DNA from: Escherichia phage JoYop
Sequence record: OR769032.1
Reading direction: 5' to 3' (one strand)
Length of the DNA: 64,000 nucleotides
Both the position numbers and the translations under genes were made by a program. The first letter of the stretch is position 1; each line of letters starts with the position of its first letter. Of the stretch, positions 19,871 to 30,409 are shown piece after piece. Below the pieces are notes generated by a model. The model worked only from the letters and a program-made list of their open reading frames with translations. It had not been told where the DNA came from and searched no databases.

Positions 19871-21684
19871 TGATGCTTAACCCTATGCATGATTTCTTTA
19901 TTTTTGCCGAGATTAAATCCGCGTTCATTCGGATTTCCCAAATAGCCGCATGTTCTTCTTATGGTATTCATCTTTTTAGGATCAGTTTCTCCACAAATAG
20001 AACAAACAAATCCATTTTCAGTCGGAGTCATTTCATGGGTACTTCCGCATGTAAAACACTTATCTACTGGCATGTTAACACCAAAATAATCTAAATGCTG
20101 TGCAGCATAATCCCATACAGCCTCAAGACCTTTTAGGTTGTTTTTCATATCAGGAAGTTCAACATAAGAAATGTGACCACCTGTCGCAATGAAATGATAT
20201 GGTGCTTCACGAGAAATCTTTTCAAACGGAGTAATATTTTCTTCTACTGAAACATGGAAACTGTTAGTGTACCATCCTTTATCAGTAACATCCTTTACAC
20301 TTCCATATTTTTCGGTATCGAGTTTACAGAAGCGATAACAAAGGTTTTCAGCAGGAGTAGAATACAAGCTAAAAGCAAATCCGGTTCTTTCTGTCCACTG
20401 CTTAAGACGAGCATTCATTTTAGTTAAAATTTCTTGTCCAATATCACGACCAACAAGAATATTCAATTCGTGAATACCAATGTATCCTAGGGACACTGAA
20501 CTTCTACCGTTTTTAAATAACTCAATTATATCGTCATCAGGTTTAAGACGAACCCCGAATGCACCTTCTTGGTAAAGAATAGGAGCAACAGTCGCTTTAA
20601 CTCCTTTTAAGGAACTAATTCTACACATCAATGCTTCAAAACACAAATCCATTCGCTCATTGAATAATTCGGCAAATTTCTGTTCATTGAACTGTGTTCC
20701 AATATAAGAATCTAGCGCAATGCGAGGAAGATTCAGTGTTACAACACCAAGATTATTACGTCCATCAAGAATTTCATTACCAGTCGAATCTTTCCATACA
20801 CTCAAGAAACTGCGGCAACCCATCGGAGAAACAGGAATAGATGAACCGGTGATAGCTTTATTATTCTTAGCTGAAATAATATCAGGATACATCCTTTTGC
20901 TTGCGCACTCTAGAGCAAGCTGCTTAATATCATAGTTCGGATCGTCTTTGTAAAGATTAACGCCTTCTTCGACGAACATAACAAGCTTAGGAAAAATAGG
21001 AGTTATCCCATCACGACCAAGACCTTTAATACGATTTTTCAGAATTGCTTTCTGAATCATTCGTTCAGTCCAGTCAGTTCCCGTACCAAATGTAATTGTT
21101 ACAAAAGGCGTTTGCCCGTTTGAACTAAAGAGAGTATTTACTTCATATTCATAAGCTTGGAATGCATCGTATACGTCTTTTTCTGTTTTAGATTGAGCAT
21201 AATTCAACGCATCAGCGATTTGCCATTTTTCTGCATCCTCGATATGTTTTGCATAGGTGCGTTTAACATAAGGAGAAAGTACTTTATCTACATTCGCAAA
21301 AGTCGTTCCGCCATATTGATGAGAAGCAACTTGTGCAGTAATTTGTGCCATAATTGCAGTAGCAACGCCAATTGATTTAGGAGTTTCAATCTGCGCATTA
21401 CCAAGCTTAAATCCATTCTCAAGCATTCCTTTTAAATCTACTAAACAGCAATTAGTAAATGGAAGAGCAGGTGAATAATCAATATCATGAAAATGGATAA
21501 TTCCGCTTTCATGCGCTTTCATAATAAAAGACGGGACCATATTTTTGGCAATGTGTTTAGACACAATACCAGCCATAAGGTCCCGTTGAGTTGGAAAAAC
21601 ACGAGAATCTTTATTAGCATTCTCGTTTAAAAGGTCTTTATTAGTTTTATGAATTAATCCTTCAATTTCTTTTTCAATTGTCAT
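19867..21684 (-). CDS. nrdD: anaerobic ribonucleotide reductase, glycyl-radical enzyme
   Basis: 605 aa single ORF; C-terminal Cys cluster and RTCGYLG glycyl-radical motif; no intron interruption. Confidence 0.95.
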   Translation of the reverse strand: MTIEKEIEGLIHKTNKDLLNENANKDSRVFPTQRDLMAGIVSKHIAKNMVPSFIMKAHESGIIHFHDIDYSPALPFTNCCLVDLKGMLENGFKLGNAQIETPKSIGVATAIMAQITAQVASHQYGGTTFANVDKVLSPYVKRTYAKHIEDAEKWQIADALNYAQSKTEKDVYDAFQAYEYEVNTLFSSNGQTPFVTITFGTGTDWTERMIQKAILKNRIKGLGRDGITPIFPKLVMFVEEGVNLYKDDPNYDIKQLALECASKRMYPDIISAKNNKAITGSSIPVSPMGCRSFLSVWKDSTGNEILDGRNNLGVVTLNLPRIALDSYIGTQFNEQKFAELFNERMDLCFEALMCRISSLKGVKATVAPILYQEGAFGVRLKPDDDIIELFKNGRSSVSLGYIGIHELNILVGRDIGQEILTKMNARLKQWTERTGFAFSLYSTPAENLCYRFCKLDTEKYGSVKDVTDKGWYTNSFHVSVEENITPFEKISREAPYHFIATGGHISYVELPDMKNNLKGLEAVWDYAAQHLDYFGVNMPVDKCFTCGSTHEMTPTENGFVCSICGETDPKKMNTIRRTCGYLGNPNERGFNLGKNKEIMHRVKHQ

Positions 21685-22154
21685 TTTAAACTCTTTCTAA
21701 GCTGCTTCTTAAATGAAGCTATTAATTGTGTTTTAGTGTCAGATTCATTATATTCAAATCCTCTTTGAAGCATCTCGGCCATCATTTCCTCTTTTCCTAA
21801 ACGAGAAAATTCCTTTGATTTATCTCCAACAAAGTTAGGGTGAATATTATTTTGGGTGTAATCGGATTTTAAATAAGTGAGTAAATTTTCTAACCATTCA
21901 AGATAATCAACGCCTTGTCCCTTTAAACCAGAACGATTAAATTTGTGCTTCATTTGACCTTCTGCAGCATTACACAGATTACATAACAATCCACGTACCT
22001 TTCCTGCTTTCGGTCCATTTAATTCATGGTCATGATCGAGGTGATTAGCTTGAACATCAGGATTTAATTCTCGTTGGCAAATTAAGCATTTACCATTTTG
22101 TGCATTATAAAATTTTTGTTTTTCTTCTTTGTATAATTTGCCAGTCAATAACAT
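21681..22154 (-). CDS. 49: endonuclease VII (Holliday junction resolvase)
   Basis: 157 aa; matches T4 gp49 as recalled. Confidence 0.9.
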   Translation of the reverse strand: MLLTGKLYKEEKQKFYNAQNGKCLICQRELNPDVQANHLDHDHELNGPKAGKVRGLLCNLCNAAEGQMKHKFNRSGLKGQGVDYLEWLENLLTYLKSDYTQNNIHPNFVGDKSKEFSRLGKEEMMAEMLQRGFEYNESDTKTQLIASFKKQLRKSLK

Positions 22155-22203
22155 AATAAAACCCTTACCTTAAATAGATAAGGGTATTTATTATTTTCAA
22201 GTA

Positions 22204-22668
22204 TTAAAACGCTCGGTCAGAAAAAGAAATTTGAGTTTCAAGCCATTCAATGTACTCTGCAGCAGCTTGCATCAAATTTCCTTCATAGCCATCGTTATTT
22301 TCTTGTGAAGCTAATTTAGCTAATGCATATGAAATACGTTCACCTTGAAAAGCGGCTTTAGGCTTCTGGGCAGCTTGATCAATTCGTTCTACAACTTCTT
22401 CAATTTCGCCATTTTCTGCGGATTCAGTATTCCACAAGCACCAATACGTAATTGGCTTATCATAGATGTTAATAATCTTTCCATCAGAAAGTTCAATTTC
22501 AATAATTCCAGTATCAGGTTCTATATCATCTTCACATTCTTTTGCAAGTTCACGAACTTTAAAGACAGTACCTGCACTAAGTTCCGGCCAATAATTACAC
22601 AGCCCTTTATCAGCACGATTAATTCTAAACCACTTATCTACTGCAATCATGTCCCATCTCCATATCAA
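22204..22668 (-). CDS. hypothetical protein (T4 pin position)
   Basis: 154-aa ORF; identity to T4 Pin not verified. Confidence 0.5.
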   Translation of the reverse strand: MIWRWDMIAVDKWFRINRADKGLCNYWPELSAGTVFKVRELAKECEDDIEPDTGIIEIELSDGKIINIYDKPITYWCLWNTESAENGEIEEVVERIDQAAQKPKAAFQGERISYALAKLASQENNDGYEGNLMQAAAEYIEWLETQISFSDRAF

Positions 22669-22773
22669 TTAAGTCATTTATTGTTGGTTCATTATATACT
22701 GTTTCTTCATCAGTGTAAACCGGTTCTTCCGGCTCTGGCTCTACAGTTTCCCATCTAGCCGCCCACCAAGGTT

Positions 22774-23094
22774 TTATAGCGTAATCCATTCTCGTACTGT
22801 CTGAGTTACTACACGTTCACGGGGCTCGACTAATTCAACAGTCGGAACTGCATAATACCAGTCAGAATGATAAGAACCTGATCGAGATTCATTTACCGCT
22901 ACATGTACATTATGTTTTGGACTAAAGTAAACACACTGACGATATTGGCATTTACCATCTTGCACCCAATCTTCTATTTCGACAGGTTTAAGATAATCCG
23001 AAAAATCGAAATCATAATTTTCTGAAAATGCATCGTGGTCTTCAATAATTTCACTCAGAACTGCATCAACATCTAATTTATTTTCAATAGTCAT
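22774..23094 (-). CDS. hypothetical protein
   Basis: 106-aa ORF. Confidence 0.5.
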   Translation of the reverse strand: MTIENKLDVDAVLSEIIEDHDAFSENYDFDFSDYLKPVEIEDWVQDGKCQYRQCVYFSPKHNVHVAVNESRSGSYHSDWYYAVPTVELVEPRERVVTQTVREWITL

Positions 23095-23104
23095 TTGTCA
23101 CCAC

Positions 23105-23314
23105 TTAATTTCGCAATTTATTAAGTTCTTCATAATCAATCCAGGATTCTAATCCTGATGGCAAATCAGATTCAATTTCCCAAAGAAGTTCTTCAATTTT
23201 CTGAAGACGATCCAATTCTTCAGCTGGAATAGTAACCATTGCCGGAGCTCTTGCTGCACTAATATCGTAAATCATATTTACCCCAGTTTGACCATGCAAT
23301 CGCCATATTTCCAC
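23105..23314 (-). CDS. hypothetical protein
   Basis: 69-aa ORF. Confidence 0.4.
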   Translation of the reverse strand: MEIWRLHGQTGVNMIYDISAARAPAMVTIPAEELDRLQKIEELLWEIESDLPSGLESWIDYEELNKLRN

Positions 23315-23492
23315 TTAGAAATAGACTTTTCGTCATTAGAATAATAAACTTCGAGTTTAGCACGGTTATTTTAATTTGAATAACCTTAGCTGTCATTAAA
23401 GTTCCATACCCATAGTAAACTGCAACTTCATCACCTACATATACCGCGCTTCCGCGGTAGTCATGGATATAATCAGTTCCTTCGAGCATCAT
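23259..23492 (-). CDS. hypothetical protein
   Basis: 77-aa ORF overlapping the nrdC stop. Confidence 0.4.
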   Translation of the reverse strand: MMLEGTDYIHDYRGSAVYVGDEVAVYYGYGTLMTAKVIQIKITVLNSKFIILMTKSLFLSGNMAIAWSNWGKYDLRY

Positions 23493-23752
23493 TTAAAGTA
23501 TTCCCGCAATTGGTCAAATCCACCAATATGACTTCCATCAGGAGCAAATACTTGAGGCATCGTCAAGCCGATTTGAGTATCACGACCTAGTTTCGTCAGA
23601 AGCTCAGCAATTTTCTCATCATCAAAAACACCTTTTTCCGGCATAATGTTGATAAATTCAAACGGCTGCTTCTTCACGGTCAAAAGACGTTTTGCATTAT
23701 CGCAATACACACATTTATGGATGTTGCTATCATAACCGTATACTTTAAACAT
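23489..23752 (-). CDS. nrdC: thioredoxin/glutaredoxin
   Basis: 87 aa; CVYC active site; matches T4 NrdC as recalled. Confidence 0.9.
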   Translation of the reverse strand: MFKVYGYDSNIHKCVYCDNAKRLLTVKKQPFEFINIMPEKGVFDDEKIAELLTKLGRDTQIGLTMPQVFAPDGSHIGGFDQLREYFK

Positions 23753-23753
23753 A

Positions 23754-24011
23754 TTATTCCTTAATTCCTAGTACTTGTTTAAAAGTCTCATCGTAATCAA
23801 GACTTTGGCCCGTTTGTTCTTTATGTTTGTATATAATATCACTTACTTCTGATAGCATATTTTTATATGAACGAGTTAAAGCAGATTTAAGAACGCTGTA
23901 TCTATCAGGAAATTTACCATGTTCATTATAATAAGCTATTGCTAATTCACGGACTGCCTTTTCAGCAGCCTCCATATATTCTTTACGCTTGGTCATTTTC
24001 TTCTCGGTCAA
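23754..24011 (-). CDS. hypothetical protein
   Basis: 85-aa ORF. Confidence 0.5.
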   Translation of the reverse strand: MTEKKMTKRKEYMEAAEKAVRELAIAYYNEHGKFPDRYSVLKSALTRSYKNMLSEVSDIIYKHKEQTGQSLDYDETFKQVLGIKE

Positions 24012-24300
24012 ATCGGTGTTTACAATGGCGACATTTATAACGAAGATTACTATTCTGCCAATGAACTAATTGTACCTGTTCAGTGCCGCACTTTGGGCAA
24101 TTAGGAATATTCTTAGAAGCTCTTTCACGTCGTTCAACCATGGCCATAATAGCATCCCATGCTGGAGGTTTAAAATCTAAATCGTCGCAACCATGAATCT
24201 TTCCACGCATTTCCATATCATCTTCCTCACCAGCCATAATAATTTTAATTAAACTGGAATTACTTGAAGCTGCGATGTCTTCTAATAAACGCTTTTTCAT
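23983..24300 (-). CDS. zinc-ribbon protein
   Basis: CPKCG...CRHCKH four-Cys motif; true start may be the internal MAGEEDD. Confidence 0.5.
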   Translation of the reverse strand: MKKRLLEDIAASSNSSLIKIIMAGEEDDMEMRGKIHGCDDLDFKPPAWDAIMAMVERRERASKNIPNCPKCGTEQVQLVHWQNSNLRYKCRHCKHRFDREENDQA

Positions 24301-25226
24301 TTCAATACCTCGATGGCATTACGTAAACCATTTGCTTTGGCGGTTAAAGCCTTAAGAACTTTAGTATGCTCTTCAATTTGTTTTTCAACTTCAGCCAAAC
24401 GTATATTGAGATATTCACGTTCTTCGCTCAGATTATCAACCTTTTCTACTTTAGGTTCTTTTATAACTGACTTATATGTATTAGGGTTCTTCAGTTTAAT
24501 TAGAATGCGTGAACTATATAACATTGAACCATTATCTTCGGTTTCGTCATACATTTCTACTACGTCCATGATTTTTAACATCATGCGGAGTTTATAAGAC
24601 AACGAACGAATAGTTTTGTTGTGCTTATTAATTTCTCTAGAGTTCATGGTGCCGAGATTACGTGAGTAATAATAAGGAACCTGGATATTAATTAATACTG
24701 ATGAACCACCTGGCTTGTGTGTTACTTCATCAGCAATAACCCAGTCCTTAACATGAACTGTATTTGTACGATCATCGCCCGCGGTGAACAGTTTGCGAGC
24801 ATGCTTAAAAAGCATATTCACTTGGTCATTGAATTGGCAAGCAAATTTATCAGCAAATTTGGTTTCAGGAATGGTAGAAAACCAATCAGCCAAATGAGTC
24901 TTTTTAACATCATTAACAATAGTAAATTCAACCAAATCGGTTATAGATGTCTCAGATTTAATGAAGCTCGGCTTCATAAAGTTTTTAATGTTCTCATGAG
25001 CTACAGTAGAAGATAACATACGAGAACGTTTAAACCATTCAAGCAAATTGCCTAACGAATGAGAATAAGCGTTTTGAGTATCTTTACAGATATGATTTTC
25101 CTGTCCAACATATTGAAGGAAATCACGAAGAATATTATTAACTACTGCTCTGTGTCCTATCTGATAATTGCGATGTTTAGTAATAAGACTGTCAAAATAA
25201 TCAATATAATGTTTACGAGTTTTCAT
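24297..25226 (-). CDS. coiled-coil protein A of a four-gene tandem set
   Basis: 309 aa; ATG 25224-25226 with RBS; C-terminal heptad-rich helix. Confidence 0.65.
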   Translation of the reverse strand: MKTRKHYIDYFDSLITKHRNYQIGHRAVVNNILRDFLQYVGQENHICKDTQNAYSHSLGNLLEWFKRSRMLSSTVAHENIKNFMKPSFIKSETSITDLVEFTIVNDVKKTHLADWFSTIPETKFADKFACQFNDQVNMLFKHARKLFTAGDDRTNTVHVKDWVIADEVTHKPGGSSVLINIQVPYYYSRNLGTMNSREINKHNKTIRSLSYKLRMMLKIMDVVEMYDETEDNGSMLYSSRILIKLKNPNTYKSVIKEPKVEKVDNLSEEREYLNIRLAEVEKQIEEHTKVLKALTAKANGLRNAIEVLK

Positions 25227-25280
25227 ATTCTTCTCACTTAGTTAATGATTTATGCTCCAAGCCATCCTTGGCTTTAAATT

Positions 25281-26282
25281 TTACTTAATTAACTGTAAAG
25301 CTTGTTCAAGACGATCAAGACGATTAACAGATTCTTCCCAAATCCTTTTAGCCTGTTCATATTCTTTCTGTGCTTTATTAGAAATTTCTAGAACTTCTTT
25401 ATAAGCTTTTTCTAGTGCAATAACTTCTGGACGAATTTCTACCGGTTCAGGTGAATCATCAAGACATTCTATTAGTTCCTCAAGAGTAGTTTCTTCTTTA
25501 GGAGTATTCACAATTTCCTCGCATTTTTGTTGATAAATTTCTTTATCAGTCGGTGAGTACGCGCATTTCACTTCACGAAGGCTAATTATAATTTTATATC
25601 CTTCCCAACCACATATATTTTTGAAAGGATACGTATGAATACTTTTTACAGTTTCCATACAGCCCAAAGCCGCCTCTAACTGATGGGTTATAGTACTAGC
25701 AATTGAGAAAAATTTATTAATATTCTTTTGGTTAACTTCCGGTGTAAAAAATCCATAATTCACAAAAATAGCTACTTTATTTTTATCAAGCTCATATTCT
25801 TTTACGATAATCATATCAGAAGCTAAAGGATGAATTTGACGATAATCACCATAACATAATTTAGAAGCTGATTTTAAAATTTGTCCTTTAAAAAGTCTGA
25901 AATTACTAATCCAACGACGAGTAAAAATATTCTCAGGGTCTTCTTTATTATTAAGATGATAAGAATTAACATCACCGAACCAATTATATCCTACTACATC
26001 TTTGGTTCGTTTAATTTCTTTCCCAAATTTACCAAAAATATCCCGATTAACCAAATATGAAAGAAGACGAGACCCTTTAAAGGTTTCCTTAATATCATCT
26101 TTATCTACACGGCTAGAAATTTTACAAACTTCATGAATAAATTTACTTGAAGAAACTATACTTGCATCAATACTATTGAGCCATTGATTGATAATAGAAA
26201 GAACACCGTGATGACTAGACATGGGTTTAACTTTATCATCAATAACGCTATTGAATGATTTGATATATTCGTTACGAGTCAT
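25281..26282 (-). CDS. coiled-coil protein B of the tandem set
   Basis: Start at ATG 26280-26282 (MTRNEYIKSF) with RBS GAGGAG; 334 aa; C-terminal coiled coil. Confidence 0.65.
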   Translation of the reverse strand: MTRNEYIKSFNSVIDDKVKPMSSHHGVLSIINQWLNSIDASIVSSSKFIHEVCKISSRVDKDDIKETFKGSRLLSYLVNRDIFGKFGKEIKRTKDVVGYNWFGDVNSYHLNNKEDPENIFTRRWISNFRLFKGQILKSASKLCYGDYRQIHPLASDMIIVKEYELDKNKVAIFVNYGFFTPEVNQKNINKFFSIASTITHQLEAALGCMETVKSIHTYPFKNICGWEGYKIIISLREVKCAYSPTDKEIYQQKCEEIVNTPKEETTLEELIECLDDSPEPVEIRPEVIALEKAYKEVLEISNKAQKEYEQAKRIWEESVNRLDRLEQALQLIK

Positions 26283-26307
26283 AATAATCTCCTCAGTAGA
26301 AAGTAAG

Positions 26308-26340
26308 AACATTATACCACATTCTTGTGGCAAAGTAAAC
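26308..26340 (-). promoter_or_regulatory. early promoter candidate upstream of protein B
   Basis: GTTTAC at 26335-26340 and tggtataat-like -10 on the transcribed strand. Confidence 0.4.
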
Positions 26341-27347
26341 TAGTTCAGTGCATTTAGTGCATTGTTCAGTTTAGAACGTTGTTTTGTCAGATTTTGAACC
26401 CTTGACTGTGCTTGTTCTAACACCTTTTCAGCTTCTAACATTTCATTAGTTGCTTTAACAAGTTCATCATCTACTGCTTTAAGAGACTTCTCAATCGCAT
26501 CGGCGTGCCATTTTTCTACAGGTTTAAAATTTGAATTTTCAGTAGGAAGAAAACTCACTTTATTAAGTTTCCATGCATCTGTACTACTTGAACTGTACAT
26601 CCAACATTTAGGATCGTTGGATGAGCGATTAGTTTGAGGTTCAGGTTTTTTCTCTTGCGTAACTTCATCCTTTCTCAAATAATCATATTTAAATGAAACG
26701 ACCATATCAAGTTCATATGTTGTCGTATCTAATTTAAATCGTTCGAAATGCTGCGAAATCTTAGACTGAACAGCGGAAACAACATCCATATACTTAAATG
26801 CTTCTGTCAATTGTGATTTAAGGCATTCACAGATTGAAAGAGAATTTTTTGTATTAGGTTTAAAGCTAATTCGTGCAGTTCTGTTATTTTCTTTTAATGG
26901 TCTTACTTCCATCTGAAGAGTATAACCATCAAATTTCAGATTCTTTAAGTTAATGTCAGAGCCTTTTAATCGACTAGCTGTGGACAAAATTTGCTTTAGT
27001 TGTTTACGAAATAGAGCAATAAATCTCCATTCAATACGATAATGATTTGGATTGAAAAATCCAGATGATAAATCGACCTTACTTTGACCAACGCCTTGAA
27101 CAAATAGAGGATTTTTATAATCAATAGTTTTACAGAAATCAACGAGTTGTTCACGAGCAGTCATTTGTGTAATATACCCCGCTTTACTAAAATGACGTAA
27201 CCATTCACTGCTATTCAGATGCTTAAAGGCATGAATGGAACAATTAACTTTACCAAGGTCTAAATTATTTTCGCACAAAAATGTCATAACATCACGAGTA
27301 TAACTGGCATTACGAACAATATCTTCAATTTGAGAACGAGTTTTCAT
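26340..27347 (-). CDS. coiled-coil protein C of the tandem set
   Basis: 335 aa; ATG 27345-27347 with RBS AAGGAA; C-terminal coiled coil. Confidence 0.65.
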   Translation of the reverse strand: MKTRSQIEDIVRNASYTRDVMTFLCENNLDLGKVNCSIHAFKHLNSSEWLRHFSKAGYITQMTAREQLVDFCKTIDYKNPLFVQGVGQSKVDLSSGFFNPNHYRIEWRFIALFRKQLKQILSTASRLKGSDINLKNLKFDGYTLQMEVRPLKENNRTARISFKPNTKNSLSICECLKSQLTEAFKYMDVVSAVQSKISQHFERFKLDTTTYELDMVVSFKYDYLRKDEVTQEKKPEPQTNRSSNDPKCWMYSSSSTDAWKLNKVSFLPTENSNFKPVEKWHADAIEKSLKAVDDELVKATNEMLEAEKVLEQAQSRVQNLTKQRSKLNNALNALN

Positions 27348-27355
27348 AGTATTCC

Positions 27356-28246
27356 TTAAGATTTAAGTAAATCAACAATTTTAATTAACTTTTCACGCTC
27401 AGATTTAGCTTTACTACTCAATCCAGATAGTCTAAAAATTTCATCATCATATTGTTGAATAGAAATATTCAGTTCTTCAATCTGTTTATTAAAATAATCA
27501 ATTTGTTCAGAATGTTTTTCGTTACTACGAACTGGTACAGGTTTTGTAGGCAATTCAATTGAACTGGATTCATCCGGGCGATAAATTAAAATACAACTTG
27601 AACCAATTGGGCATTTTGCACCAGATGAATATTCTAATGTTCCAGCTTCTTTTAAAACTTCAAAAGCTAAGCAGAGATGATGCCCCATATTAACATAATC
27701 TGTAGAGCGAGCTCTAATGTAATAATCAATTCCACGAGTACTAAATTTAAAGCATTTAAGGTCTTCTGTATTATTAGTCTTAAAAATCATTTGTTTATCT
27801 AGACCTTTAGCCAATCGAGCGCCTAATGCTAATAATCGTCGTTGATTTTCCCACAAATCTGTAATCATTTGATCGAATGATAATTTCGGCATTAGTCGAC
27901 CATAAAGGTCATATCCTTTATTATAATTGCGAAGGATTTCACTCGCGTTAATACGAGACAATGCTCCAATTTTATTAAGGGCTTTCATAATGCGATTAGA
28001 TAAACTCATTCCAGACCCATTTGTTCGCTGTAAATGTTTTTCTAATCCAAATCCAATATCAATTTTAAATTTATCTAAAATTTCAGCATGAACATCTCTG
28101 TCAATAACATTCAAATCCAAAGTTGGGTTAAATCTATGAAAAAATTTATCTGGCTCTCCACGACGAAATACAGTCCATTCATTCATCATTTTTTTATTAA
28201 CTAAAGATTTAATTACTGCATTGACATTATTAATTACTACTGACAT
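27356..28246 (-). CDS. coiled-coil protein D of the tandem set
   Basis: Start at ATG 28244-28246 (MSVVINNVNAV) with RBS GAGGA; 296 aa; C-terminal coiled coil. Confidence 0.6.
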   Translation of the reverse strand: MSVVINNVNAVIKSLVNKKMMNEWTVFRRGEPDKFFHRFNPTLDLNVIDRDVHAEILDKFKIDIGFGLEKHLQRTNGSGMSLSNRIMKALNKIGALSRINASEILRNYNKGYDLYGRLMPKLSFDQMITDLWENQRRLLALGARLAKGLDKQMIFKTNNTEDLKCFKFSTRGIDYYIRARSTDYVNMGHHLCLAFEVLKEAGTLEYSSGAKCPIGSSCILIYRPDESSSIELPTKPVPVRSNEKHSEQIDYFNKQIEELNISIQQYDDEIFRLSGLSSKAKSEREKLIKIVDLLKS

Positions 28247-28253
28247 ATTTTCC

Positions 28254-28661
28254 TCACTCAATTTCAATTTTACTAAATACACAGAATATGATTGAACAGA
28301 CTACATAAGCACCACACACAGATTGAACTAATACCATCCCAAAGAACCAAACAATATTATCAAACAGTGTCTGTTTTACGTCGAAAGGACGTAAACTTAC
28401 AGTAATATTATCACCTTTTTCTATTGAAGAATACATCTCTGGGGAAATATATTCACTAAATCTATAACCGTCTTTGAGTTCATATACGGCAATAAACGAT
28501 AAACTAGACCCTTTTCCTTGTGTTCCTGTAATAGTATTAACTACAGTAACATCATAATCTTTATAATGCATATAATCATTAATAGCATAATAACCATATG
28601 CAACTACTATACATAAACAACATATCAATAAATTCAATCTTTTAATTATCAACTGTTTCAT
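28254..28661 (-). CDS. membrane protein
   Basis: 135 aa; N- and C-terminal hydrophobic helices. Confidence 0.55.
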   Translation of the reverse strand: MKQLIIKRLNLLICCLCIVVAYGYYAINDYMHYKDYDVTVVNTITGTQGKGSSLSFIAVYELKDGYRFSEYISPEMYSSIEKGDNITVSLRPFDVKQTLFDNIVWFFGMVLVQSVCGAYVVCSIIFCVFSKIEIE

Positions 28662-28716
28662 AATAATCTCAATTAAAAGGGCTTAGAACCATTATACCAT
28701 CCTTGGTATAAAGCGG

Positions 28717-29244
28717 TTATGCGAGTACCGTCTTTAACCGTTCTTCAAACTTCCGAAGAGTATTTTGGCGTTCAGCTCTTTGCTTTTTGTAAGTTTCAAT
28801 ACGCTCTGAAATGAGAGTGTATCGTTCATTCACTGATTCTTTCATAAAATCAGGAATTTCACGAGAAGCTTTAATCTCGTCAAATTTATCAATAACAGCT
28901 TGCTCTTCAGCAATTAAGTTATCATACATTAAAATATCTTTCTTGATGAACTCAATATCTTCTTGAGTTACACGAGATAATTTAGATGCTTTATCCTTTT
29001 TGTACTGTTCGTTAGTATCACGAGACCAGTGTAATGTACGATTTTTATTCGTATTTTTGTAAATTTCTACAATACCAATCTCATCAATAATAACGATCCA
29101 ATTCCAACGGGATTTGTAAATCTGTCCTCCATCAACCGTAATTTCACCTCCGATTGAGATGTCATTAAAGAACTTGCTTTGTGCTTCTGACTTAAATTTA
29201 CCATCGTTGTAATTTACCAGGTTGAAAATATCTTTAGCATTCAT
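28717..29244 (-). CDS. hypothetical protein
   Basis: Start at ATG 29242-29244 (MNAKDIF) with RBS GGAGG; track ORF over-extended into the promoter. Confidence 0.6.
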   Translation of the reverse strand: MNAKDIFNLVNYNDGKFKSEAQSKFFNDISIGGEITVDGGQIYKSRWNWIVIIDEIGIVEIYKNTNKNRTLHWSRDTNEQYKKDKASKLSRVTQEDIEFIKKDILMYDNLIAEEQAVIDKFDEIKASREIPDFMKESVNERYTLISERIETYKKQRAERQNTLRKFEERLKTVLA

Positions 29245-29260
29245 TTTCTGTTCCTCCGTA

Positions 29261-29302
29261 GTTGATAGTTGTATAGTACCACAGAGGAACAGTCTTGTAA
29301 AC
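29261..29302 (-). promoter_or_regulatory. T4-type early promoter
   Basis: GTTTAC 29297-29302 plus the conserved -10 block 29261-29281. Confidence 0.6.
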
Positions 29303-29304
29303 AA

Positions 29305-29619
29305 CTAAAAGAAACTTCTTTCACAATTTTTTCCACTGAACCAGGCGCTCACTGCTTTCTTAGTCTCGGGAGCAGTGTTATCCATAAACCATTCAAAGGC
29401 AGCCTTTTTATGATTCTGGAGGGCTTCTCGGGCTTTAATCTGCTCACGGTCTATTAACACTAACATATGAGCCTTTCTTGTCACCATGGGCTTCTTATGA
29501 TTTTTTGAATACTCCCAATCATTTGTCCATCGCATTGTCGTTGCGAATTGAAGTACAGCTTCTTTAATTTTAGTTTCGTAAATTTCACGAGCCTTTGAGT
29601 ATAACATTATTACCTCCAT
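29305..29619 (-). CDS. hypothetical protein
   Basis: 104-aa ORF. Confidence 0.5.
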   Translation of the reverse strand: MEVIMLYSKAREIYETKIKEAVLQFATTMRWTNDWEYSKNHKKPMVTRKAHMLVLIDREQIKAREALQNHKKAAFEWFMDNTAPETKKAVSAWFSGKNCERSFF

Positions 29620-29689
29620 TCACCAGTTTAATTCTAGTCATCTTTTCGATGGCAGTCCATATAATCTATTTCTGAACTGCCTTTTTGTC

Positions 29690-30409
29690 TTACGATTCTT
29701 CTAAATGTCTTTTCTGAAAAGTTGATACCATACTACGATATGGTTCATTTGGATACCCGTGTTTTATAGCTTCCTTTGTAAATTTTCTCCATCCATATTT
29801 GGTTTCTTTCCAAAGCTCGAATAATTCATCTTCATATTGCCATATAGTTAAATGAGAACGCTTTGCAGCTTTAATTCCATTAATGTGCTTTTCTTTTACT
29901 GTAGGATTGCTTAGTGTCTTTTTAATAATATTACTAACTTTTCTAACAAAAGCTGGGTCCTTATATCGTTGTGAAGTTTTTATTGAAGTGTTTAATTTAG
30001 CTTCCGGCGTGGATGTGACCTCTTTCATCTTTTTCTTCATATGCTGTATATGATTAGGATTTTTCCATAAATTTATAGAATGCTTTTTACATTTTATCCT
30101 AGTTTCATCTGCAACCTTTCCTCCTTCACCCCCATATGACAGGTTAACACAGTTTTTTCCATATTTCAATTTACCTGCCATGATATATAATATTTCAGCT
30201 TGTACCATTTTATCATAATTATCAAAAACTTCTAAAACCGTTTTTGATAATATGTGGTCATTTGACACTTTTACACGTTCTATATAATTTCCACTACCAA
30301 CATATGAATCATTGATGTTATTAGTTATATGTCGACCATAATAGTATTTCTTAATACCTGTCTTTAAATTTAATATTTCAGTTTTATAGATAGTAAAATA
30401 TTTTTTCAT
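29690..30409 (-). CDS. GIY-YIG-type homing endonuclease candidate (Seg-like)
   Basis: 239 aa; N-terminal TIYKTEILNLKTGIKKYYYGRH...YVGSG resembling the GIY...YIG core; lysine-rich C-terminal half typical of DNA-binding modules. Confidence 0.55.
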   Translation of the reverse strand: MKKYFTIYKTEILNLKTGIKKYYYGRHITNNINDSYVGSGNYIERVKVSNDHILSKTVLEVFDNYDKMVQAEILYIMAGKLKYGKNCVNLSYGGEGGKVADETRIKCKKHSINLWKNPNHIQHMKKKMKEVTSTPEAKLNTSIKTSQRYKDPAFVRKVSNIIKKTLSNPTVKEKHINGIKAAKRSHLTIWQYEDELFELWKETKYGWRKFTKEAIKHGYPNEPYRSMVSTFQKRHLEES

